From positions 27,253-91,252 of IMG/VR virus record IMGVR_UViG_3300028192_000001: a stretch of 64,000 bases of DNA; one strand, 5' to 3'. The translations under genes were made by a program, and so were the position numbers. The DNA is from a virus. Shown piece after piece: positions 20,725-32,700 of this stretch; the stretch's first letter is position 1, and each line of letters starts with the position of its first letter. Below the pieces are notes generated by a model that saw only the letters and a program-made list of their open reading frames with translations, did no database searches and was not told the DNA's origin.

Positions 20725-23700
20725 TTATTCTGGTGAATTTGTAGGTTCGTCTGCTATGAATCTAGCCTGATTAGTAATAGACTGTTGGAGTCCGTTACCA
20801 TCAGAAGCAGTACTTAAACCTTGTGTATACCAAACTTGTCCTTTCTTTTGTAATATTTTAACTTGTACATTTGCCGCTGGTGGAGATGATAGTACAACAT
20901 TCGCAGTACTTCCATCAACGGAATAATTTACTGTGCTACCGTCCTCGCTTGTCAGCAACAATCGTTGGCCACCAATGAATATGTCTAACTGACTTGCAGA
21001 AGACGGAGCAATTGTAGTAGTAAATGATACTTTTGATCCATTACCTGTATGGGTATTTGAATATATTGTATCACTATAAGGCACGGTTTGCTTACCGCTG
21101 GCGTCTACTACTGTTGATCCACCAATATGAGCCTTAATTCCTGTTCCAAGTGTTCCTCTTCTAACTCTAGATAATATATTTCCACTTTTAATGAAATATT
21201 CAATTCTTTCTTTATCTATGAAAATTACACCTGGTAATTCTGTAGTTCCATCAACTTCACCTAATACTGAACCATCTTTTACTGTAATTGTTTTATCTGA
21301 TTCAAATAAATCGTTTGCTAAAGTTGTTGTTCCTGCTTTACTAATTCTTTTATAAAATGTTCTATTCAACATATCTTTAAAAATTCTAAATCCTGTTTGT
21401 CTTGTTTCAGATCTTACTGCAAAGTACATTATATCAATTCTATCTGCATTTGTAATTGTTCTTCCAACAATTTTTACTGTATTTCCTGAAACTGTATAAT
21501 CAAATCCTTGTTGCAATGGTATTGTATTAAACCAAACATAAACATAATTTGAATTTAAAGGAGTATTATATAATTTGTGTACACCTGTTGTTCTTCCTTC
21601 TAACACTTCACGTTTTAGATTCATTCCAAGTGCATTATTAAATGTTGTTGCTAATATAGTATCATTTGCATTAAGAGTTATACCATCTGTCGCTAATTGA
21701 GTAGTTTTTAAAACAATATCTGACCCAACATATGAATAATGATTATCTACATTTGTTGTAATTGCTATTACATCTGTATCTGCTGGTGGAATTAATAAGT
21801 TTACTTTTTGACCAGCAAGATCAATTGTATAATCAACATTTAATAATTTTATTGTACCATTAATATAAACTTCAACCTGACTAGCCAATGTTATTGTTTT
21901 TGCTGGGTCCACCGTTGAATCATCCGATAGTCCTGAAACAACTCCGTAACTATATGTTGATCCATCTCCTGAATAGTAAGTATTGTCTGGTCCTCTTAAA
22001 ACTTTTCCGTTATGTTCAAGAATTGTAAGACCAGCATAAGGTCCATATGTACCAACAGGATAAGTTAATGCATATCTTGTTGTTGATCCATCATACGTTA
22101 TAATACTTGATTGTATTTGAGCATATGCTCTACCCGAACCTAACGTTTGATTAAATCCTGCAATTTGTATTGCTTGTCCTGTTGTTGGTGCAGAATTAAA
22201 ATTAACAGTAATTGTATTTGCTATTGTTGTTGTTGTATAAGCAGTAGTTGGTTCACCGTCTATTGTTATATAAAGTTGTGAAATAGAACTATCTGCGTTA
22301 AAATTCTCTCTTGTTGCTGTTTTAAATGCTGTTGTTGATCCATCGCCTGTAAAACTATCAAGCACCATGTATTGTTGACCTGAAATTGCAAAACTTTTTA
22401 CAGTTAATTTTTGTCCTACGGATGGCGTTGATCCTAATGTAATTGTTTTATTGGCAATATTAACTGTATAATGTGTAGGTGATCTTTTTCTTACATTATC
22501 TAACACAACTGATACAGCCGCTTTAGTTCCTGGCGTTTGACCAATATCAAATGTTGCTGTATTGCCATCACATATATAATTTTTTTCTACTATAAATGGT
22601 ACTCCTGATTCCGGTGCTGAATATACTTGAATATCTAACGTATCAAATAATTGTCCCGGAACTGCTTCTTCGGGTGCATATGAGGTATCTGGTGAAACAA
22701 ATGCATCACCCTCTGTAATAACTTGTTCTGGGTCTACTCCTAATGCTGATCCAAACGTTCCTCCATATATTAAAGAATCTATTGTTCTATCATCTGTTGG
22801 CGTTTGCACTCCGTCATCATCGAATGGAATAAATTCTATCTTAACTCCATTTCCTGGTGCTGTTGATAATGTAAATGATGCTGTTGATTCATCTCCTCGA
22901 TGAACTTCGTTAACTTGTCTTACATCATCAAAATAAACTGTATAAACTTCTGTAGGCGATGGTGCCGTAGCAAATATAAATGTTCTTGTTGAGCCATCAC
23001 CATAAAAAGTTCTAACTCTTCCACTACCATAACTATCCCATGGTTGTTCAAACCATCCTGATTTATCCCAACCTTGTTCACTACCAAATGTAAGTCCTGT
23101 AACCATTACACCACCATAATCTACACCTGTCATTACCTGAGATAACTCTAAACCTGGCATACCCGAACTTGGTGTGTACATACCCTTTATTCTTTCTGCC
23201 GCTGTAATATAACTTTCATCACCACGTAATTTTACTAATCCTGCTAAAGAAAATTTTGTACTAGTAGTAATTCTTTGCGTTGTTCTATAAAGTTCATTAT
23301 TGTATCTTATAAGCACTCCATATTCATACGTTGTATTTGTTGCCCATGCACTAACTTCTCCTGTTGATTTAACTCTGTCAAATCTAATAGTTGTATCAAA
23401 ATCTCTAACTAAATCATTATTCAATACAACAGATGCTTTTGCAATATCTAACGGCGTTGTATCATCATTCGTTCCACCAGTTATAATAATCTCTGGAGTT
23501 GTTGTATATCCTGAACCTTTTGTAAGTAACTTAATTTTTGATATTTTACCTTCTGAGATAATTGCTTTTGCTGTTGCATGAGTTTTGACACCAGGGGAGA
23601 ATATTTTATATGTTCCAGGATTCACTGCTATTCCATGATTTGTATTACTTGTTGGCATATAAAATGTTCTTGTAGGATATTCATCAAATGAATGTGAATG

Positions 23701-26700
23701 AGATACTCCTGTTCCTCCATTTTGTTTATCGGCAACATTTGCACTAGTTTGAATTGTATACAATGGATAAAAATGTCCGTAAGATCCTGATGATGCTCCC
23801 GAAGTACTTGTACCTAATACTGTATATGGTCCTGTATCTTCAACAGTACCGCCAACAAAACTTATTGTTGGAACCTTTACATAACCAGTTCCTGCATTTG
23901 TAATATTAATTGATTTAACGTGTTTTGTATAATAATCTTTCCATAACTTATATGGATATGTTGTCATTAATTCTGTATCAGTTTCTGCTTCTGGTTCTGG
24001 TGGTCTTACTTTATTTTTTGATGCATCATAAAATGGTGGTAAATCAAAGTCTGTATGTATTCCACCATGTATTTCTTGATTTGTATATTTTAATTTATAT
24101 TCACGTATTTTTGTATGAAAGGGTTTTATTTCTTTAATATATTTCTCTACATAATCATCTTTTCCAACTGTATATGTTTTTCGTTGATTTAATGGTCTTA
24201 GAGAATTTGTAATATTTAAAAACGAGGATTTAAACAACCAATTAACATATGGTTGCTCTGATAATACATATCGTAAACCTATAAAGAAAATTGTATTATA
24301 TTCTTTTATTAAACTACCTGTAAAAATATCATCTCTTAATGCAGTTAATATACTTCTTGTTTCAATAATCGGTTCTCTATCAAAAAAGTTTTCATCGAAC
24401 GTATCATCACCTGCAAATCCTGTATCATCAATTGTATAATCATATATTTTAGAAGATATTTGAATTGTTCCGTTTTGTGTAGCAACATTTTCCCATCCTG
24501 TTGCTGAATATTTGTATATTTTCCAACCGCCTGAATCTGAATTTAATACTTTTACATAACTATTAATCGGTACGTTCAATATATCTAATTCATATTGATT
24601 TGTTACTTGCTTTTCAAATTTGGTATCAATTGTTACTCCACTAGCATACCAATCAATATATGACCAATAATTACTTGTTTTATATGTTTGTAGTTTTGTT
24701 CTACTCCATGATGTACTATCCCATTTATAAATTGACCAATTACCTCCTGCGGTTTCATCGGCTTTAACAAGATAATTTACAATACCACTTAAATCTTTTG
24801 TATTAACATAAGTTAAGTCTGCATAAGTCTCAACTGATCCATCCCATTCTAAACTTGTTATTCCCGGCTCTGGGTCTACAGAATTTAAATTTGCAAATTT
24901 AATTGTTCCAACTAATTGGTTTTCTTTTAATATAGTATTTGTATATTGAATAATTTCTTCTAATGCTTTAAATCTATCTACATACCAACTTTGTCTTGGT
25001 CTTAATTCTGTTCCGTATTTCCTGTTTATTGGTAATGTTTGGTCTGGAACTATTGAACCTAATAAGTCTGTTCCACATAAACTATCCCACCATTTAGTTT
25101 CTAATGCTGTTGTAGGTTGAATTGCTGGATCACCTTCTGCATATATTTTCCAAACTTTATGAGAATCTCCTGCATTTTCATTATCTCTATAATCAATATT
25201 TAATACAACATTATCATTTAATAAATTACTTTTAATATTCCACAAAATTAATTTATTTTTATCTGATACAGTAAAATATTTAAATCCAGATAATTTTGGA
25301 TTTGTTATAATGTTACTAATATATGCTGTTGAGTTTGTTCTAATCATTACAGATGTTCCTACCTGTGGTAACGGTGCTTCAGATTCTAATGGAACGAATG
25401 TTGAATTTCTCACCCAATAATAATAATAATTTATAAAGTCATCTTTTGCAGAATCGTATTTTTGTTTAATTGTAAATGTAGTATCATCCGGAGCGACAGG
25501 TGTTCCAGAAATTCTTTCTGGCAATCCTACTGACGTATCTGCTTGAGTTTCCCATTCAGATGGTAATAACGTTGTTTCAATCCATTCGTAAATATCTACA
25601 CTTGATCCTGGAAATATTTTACCCCAATTTTTAGTTTTATATTCTTGATCACCTTGTTCATACCATATCCATTTTACTTTAGATAAGTCCCACCATGTTT
25701 CACCAATATGTTCTTCACCCCAAGCAGTTTCGGCATTTGTATTTCCTGCTGTATTGTAATTGTATTCCGCTGGATCCCACGTTGTTTTATATTTTATTTC
25801 TCTATCTGCAACACCAAAAATTCTTCCTTTAATTGGATCAAAATAATTTAGGTATGTAATAATGCTATGTGATGATCTATCAAATATAAATGCTGACTCA
25901 ATTTTATTATTATCAATTAATGGTTCTTCTGTTCGTAAAAGATTCCATCCATATTTTCCATTTGTTTTTAAATCATAGTGAGAAATTGACCCATCATCCA
26001 TAAACGTTGTTGATCCATCTACTGTTAATGCGGCGTCATCACGTGGAGATCCTACAAATATACTATTATCTGTAAGAAATACTGACTTACCAAACTGATC
26101 ACCTGTACTAACTTTATCATTAATAAGTCTTTCATCTATTATAAATTTTGTATCATACTTGGTTCCAACATACACAACCCCTGCTTCTCTATTAATATCG
26201 ACAATATTTGTATCTTGCAAATCAAAAGTAGTTGCTCCAAAATCAAATCTCATAGTTCGTGGATTGTCTGCCCCTACGGCTCCAATTGCAATTCTATTTC
26301 CTGATTGATTAATATTAACTGTTGATCCAAATTTAACATTTGTATTTGTACCTGGAGCATTTAAAGTCTGTTGTAAAGTATATGTGTTCGTAGATCCATC
26401 TGCATTCCATTTATAATAATATACTGCACCTGAATCATCTTTAAGTACACTTGTACTTCCGTCTTGTACATCAACTCCTGGTGCACCAACTATAAGTGCT
26501 GTCCCATCTTTATCCATAGCCAATGAATCACCAAAAGCAATATTCTTTGAACTACCATCACTTGATACTCCTGTTAATACTTGTTGCTCTGACCAAGTAT
26601 ATTGCGTTGATCCATCATTTGTATGACTTGTTCTTTTAAAAATATGTACACTACCAGCATATCCTGGTGCTTGTGAACTTACTGCAAGTATGTCTGCAGT

Positions 26701-29700
26701 ATCATTTGTAACAACTTGATGACCAAATCTATAACCACTATTCACTTCTTCTGGTTGAATTGAAGCAACTTGCGTCCATGTATTATATGTTGACCCATCT
26801 ACTCCAACACTCCAATTATACTGAAAAACTATTCCTGTATCATTATCATATCCTGGTGCACTTATAAACATATATTTTTCTGTTGTTAAAAGTGTTGAAC
26901 TTATTCCGGGTTCAGCAATTGCATGATCCCAACCAAAGTTTAATCCAATTCTTGTTGTTGAATTATCGTATGGTGCATATATTGTTCCACCTAATTCATA
27001 TTGAAAATTTGTACTATCCCATTTATAAAATTTAACAAGTCCTTGATCCGCTTGTTCAGTACTTCCGTCAATGCTTGTATTATTATAAGGAGCACCAGCA
27101 ACTACAAAGTTTTCATCTGTACTCATTGACAATGAATATCCTAACCTTGAAGTAATATCATTGTTTGAAATCATTGTTTTACTTTCAAGTAAACTAAATG
27201 CTTCTCCTGACGTTGCTTCTTTTCTAAAGAAAAAACTAATACTTCCTTGGCTGTAATCTGGTGCTGAAGCAATAACTGTTCTGCCATCACTTCTTGCTAC
27301 TACTTTAAATCCAAAATTTTGATTATCACTACGATCTGGTGATAATATCCGATTAAAATTAAGAGACGATATTTTTTCATAAACTTTCCAGGTACCTCCG
27401 GGATTGTCTATAAAAACTTTATCACCACTAATATCATTTACTTCATCCTTTACAATATAATCTTCAACTGATAAAATATCATTTATATCATCAACTGAAC
27501 TATATCTCGCACTTACAAATTTACTAATATCTCCATATGAATCTTTTGTTGACTGATCTGTTATTCCAATTAGTTCTGATATATTTTCATTATAATCGAC
27601 AATAACTTTATCTGGTGCTGTTACTGATTTAATTTCAAAAACTTTATTAATTGCTGGATACTCTGATCCAGTAACCAACGTATAATCACCAACTTTAAAA
27701 TTATGAGCATAGTTAAAACCAATTTCTAATTGCGTATCTTCATTTATACTTTGTAATTGTATTAATCTTAATTCAGTTCTGGCAATTCGCAATACGTCCC
27801 AATCATTCATTTTATCATTTGCAATCCATATCAAATCTTGATTATCTAACTTTGATGCATCAAGATTTACTATATCAGAAATATTAAACGCAGTATGTTG
27901 TACGTCATCAAATCTTGGATACCCTGCAGTTTTAAAAAATTGTACAAAATCTCTATCACATCCTTCTTTAGTATAATCATATTGATCAAATGTAATTGAT
28001 GGTGTATATTCTAAAGGCTTGTCATAAAAATCTGCTGATGGTATTGATGCTGATTTATTAAATGATAAAGCATCATTTGTTGTATCTAATAATTCTACAC
28101 TTTGAGGATCTTGTAAAAATTTCCTATCATCCATTTTAATTTGTATAGATTTTTTACCATCAACATTTCCAAATGTTCCTGTTCTAATTAACCATTCAGG
28201 ATATACTGATAACTCAATATTTTCATCTAAGAATTTTGCACGTGTTAATTTATTAATTGCACTTTGCGTACCTTTTTCTCTAATAAAACCTTGATAAAAC
28301 TTATATTGTGAAATATCATTTACAAATAAATTTTCTAAATAGTCTCTACTTTGATAACCAGTTAAATGTTGTGCCAAAACTTGTTGACCTTCATCAAAAT
28401 TATTTGTTTCTAAATCATAAAAATCATTAAATTGTGCAATTTTATAATCAAAATTTGGATATAATTCTGAAGATGGTTTACTAGATTTCTTTATCCATTG
28501 TTTATAATCAAACTCTATACCCGAATTATGATTTACATTTGCTACATAAAATTTTGCATTATACTCTACTGTATCGCCAATATTATAATCTGTATTAGCA
28601 ATCCATAAAGATACTTTTGCCTCATCAAATAAAAATCCTGGTGCATGATATCCACCATTCCAATCAGCAGTTTTCCATCCAATTAAACGTAATCTTTGTT
28701 GTCTAAACCCTGTTACTTTATCATATACAATATCACTAAAAACAGTTTTATTATCAAGAAGTAATAAATGTTCTTTTTCAACTGAATATAATTGTATTCC
28801 ATAAATTCCTATATTATCATTTTTTGATACAATATTGAATATATTGCCTGAACGTTTTACAGAAATATCTTTTTCTGATATAGAACGACCTCCTGCATCT
28901 AATACTGTGTATTTGTTATAAACATCTTTTAATTTTCCTACTACTGATTTTTTAGTATTTAAATTAAATCCAGACGCTCCTGGACTTACTGTTATAGCGG
29001 AACCTGCCGCCCAACCTTGAGTTGTCCAGTACACAAATTCATTAATAGCATTCTCCCAATTTATTGTTTTCTGTAATTCACGTGAAAATACATCAAATTC
29101 AAAACCTTGATCTTCTAAATATTTTCCATATCCTTGTAGGAAATCAGATACATCTTGAATAGTTTCAAATACTGTTCCATACACAACTGGTTGTGCAACT
29201 TTCACATATTCTTTATAAACAACTACTCTCGAATCTCCAAATTTTATAACATGATTATTACTATTTTTAATTGGTAGATACATATAAAAAATAGGTGAAT
29301 TAATATCATATCCAACAACTCTATACCCTGGTTCAATTGACGATCCATCTAAAGAAATTGTAGAATTTCTTTCAATAAGCACACCACTATAATAAAATTT
29401 GTTTACAGGATTACTTGTTCTAAAATATACTTTATAATTTTCTGTAGGTAAAAATTGTGATCCTGACGTTGATCCTGGTGAAATTGAATCTGTTAATATT
29501 TTTAAATTTGCTTTATCAGTAAACCCACCTAGTTTATAAGCAAGTTGTACATCTAAATTTTTCATTTTATCGTAATAAAATTTTGCAGGATCTAAATTTT
29601 GTGAAATTAAATAATTTACAGCATATGGTTGATACCCTGCTGTTTGATATCTTGTTGTTACATTTGTTTCTGTATTAACTGAAGTTTCTAAATGATATTT

Positions 29701-32700
29701 CGCAGTTAATAACTTTTGCCTTAATCCTGTGCCTGAAGTAACATAATTTCCAACTACATTTTTAACAAGCCTACTACTATCTAAATGTACACCAAAAAAT
29801 TTACAAGAATTAAGAATGGCCATTACTTTAATAACTGAAAACGCATAACCTGAATTCCGTCTCCAGGCAGTTTCCGCTGGGCCTTGATCACCAAACTTCC
29901 ATGGTTGGCTAATATTACTTCTTGTAAATTCTCCAACAACTGTTACTGGACTTGCTAGATATCCATTTGCATTTGTTGGTATTCTATATTTTAATCCCGA
30001 TCTAGCATATCTTTTATTAACTTTACCTGTTATAACATCATATCCTCTTTCAAGATCATCCCATAATACTTCATTACCTGCTGTATACGGTGCTGGTCCA
30101 TAATTTGCTTCCCATAATGATGGCTTCTCGGAGTACCCTAACATTTCCCATGGGTGGGTATGTGGACGATCAGTATCATAATAATAATAAAACATTCCTC
30201 TCCAATTTCCAATTTCTGCCTCAGAATTAATATCAATACTATTTGAATAGTTAAACGTAAAAGTGTCTGCAACATCATAGATACTATTTTTTCTAAAATC
30301 TATATTATTTCTACCTGCCCAATTATAAAAATCTCTACTAAGAACCGAATTAACCTCTGTCAAAGTAAATCCTTTTTTATTAAATGCTGATGGTAATATA
30401 TCGTGAATATTAAACAATTCTGGATTATACGTTGATTTAATATTATTATAAATTCTTTTTTCAAGTTCTAATAAAAGATCGTCTCTGTAATCTCCATAAG
30501 CAATTGTTCTGGATCCGTCATGCCCAACAATTACAGTTTGCGAAGTTCTATATGTGTTGTCTGTAATTTTTTCAGGCGTAAACTTTGGATACATACCTAA
30601 TTTTGTAGGAGTTAATGGAATATAACTTCCAGTTGTATCACTATAATCTTTTATTTTTATAATATCATTTGCAGTAAGAGTGGCTTTAATATTAACACTA
30701 TCATCAGTTGTACTAAAAATATAATCAGTACCTAAAACTAATTGTACGTCATTTTGATATACGTAAACTGCTCTATTACTCAACGTTGTTGAACTAAATT
30801 GATTGTCTAATGTATATTCTGTTTGCGTAGAATCTTGTACTGTATAAGTTCTACTAGAAACTTTTTCTCCAAATCCTAACATATCTTCATAATAAAATGG
30901 CGAGGTATTGGTTTTATTTTTTGTTAAAATTTTTAATATTTCGTCTACTCTATCAACAGCATTACCTTCATACGTTGTACCAGTAGATTGCGTTAAAAAA
31001 CTTTCTTTAAATTTCTGATATTCTAAATTTGCATAATCTAATGCACTTACAAAATTTGACTCTCTATCAATCAAATTAAACATAGCAGGCACTATTGATC
31101 CAATATGCTGTTGTATTCCACCGCCTTTTAAATATGTTTCTGAATGATCTCTAAAATTTGTTACTCCAGGAACAACACCTGTAATCTCATTATTTCTTTC
31201 AGCAACATTAATTAAATGATTTGAAATTTGTCCATATGTAAATGTATCTAAAGATTCATTTAATGGATTGTTTGACAACCCGTCTGGTACTTCATATATT
31301 CCTTTATTATCTACTTTTGTTGCACTTGACCAAATATAAACTGTTACAATATCATGTAAAGTTAAATCTTTCGCAAATTTAACAAACTTATTTGTTGTAC
31401 CATTCGCTAATACATAATCTTTATTAAACTGCTTATGTACACCGTTTACCTTTACATCAACTTCTAAATCTAATGATGCAGAATTTTTATATACATCAAT
31501 TGGAAATAATTTTTTTTCAGTTGCTGTTGCAAAATATGTTCTTTTAACTCGCTGTTTTGAATTTGTTGCTCTTTCTGACCAATTTGTTTTATTTTTATAA
31601 GTTAATAATCCTGTAGTTTCATGTACAAATCCAGACGCATACGATTTTATAACAAAGTCATCGCCAGATTTATATTTAAATGATCCAGAATTAACATCTG
31701 ACTCAAAAACCATATCACCTACATTATTAATTGTATTATATTTTACTTTTAATCCTAATATTGTATCAGTTGTTGCTGTTGTCGATATTTTAAATCCAAA
31801 TAACGTTGAGCCTGCAAAGTTTGTTGATCCATATACTAAATCGTTTGAAAAACTTACACCTTCGTCGTCATGCAAATCAAATAATGGTTGTTGATTAACT
31901 TTAGATTTAATTTGACCTTCAATCCATGTTTCTTCGTCTCGATTTGGTCCTGCTGATGTAGAATAATGTAAAGTTTTTCCTTGATTTACTTTTCCAAATT
32001 CAACATAAACTTGTTCACCATCAATTGGATGCGTATCACTAACCTCTGCTAATTGTAAAGCAATTCTAGTTGTTCCTAAAATTGTTACAAAACTAACGTT
32101 ATAAATTTTATTTCGTACAAGTTTATCTGTATCTGCCGTAAACAAAATCCTCATACCGTCAGTAACTTTTATACCATCAACAAAGTATCCTGTTTGGTTC
32201 ACCATTGATGAAAATACATCTGTTGTTACATTATCTACTAACGCAACTGATTTTTTTGCAACTGTACCATAATTGTATAATGCAAGATTTGAATTAAATT
32301 CTATAATTGGTCTTTTTGCTCTATCACTTTCGTCAAGCGCCAATGCACTGCCATTTGCAGTGGCCGTTGCTTCAATAACAGATCTATGAAACCATCTATT
32401 ATATCTTGACCAAGCATTCTGATCAACTGCACTTCGTTTTATTGTAATATAGTCGTGTACATCTGGTCTATAAAATGCTTTGGCATACGGTCTAGAATCA
32501 AATCCTACTGAATCATATAATATTGTTGTTTCTGTTGCATAAGGTTCCGGAGTAATAAGAGTATCAATATCTGTTAATGTAATATTCTTACCTACACCTT
32601 CAACATAAAAATCTTTATCTGCGTAAACTGTTGAATTTACAACATTAGTTCCAAACTGTACTTTCATTCCATTTGAAAGTGCAACCCCTGAACTTGTTGT

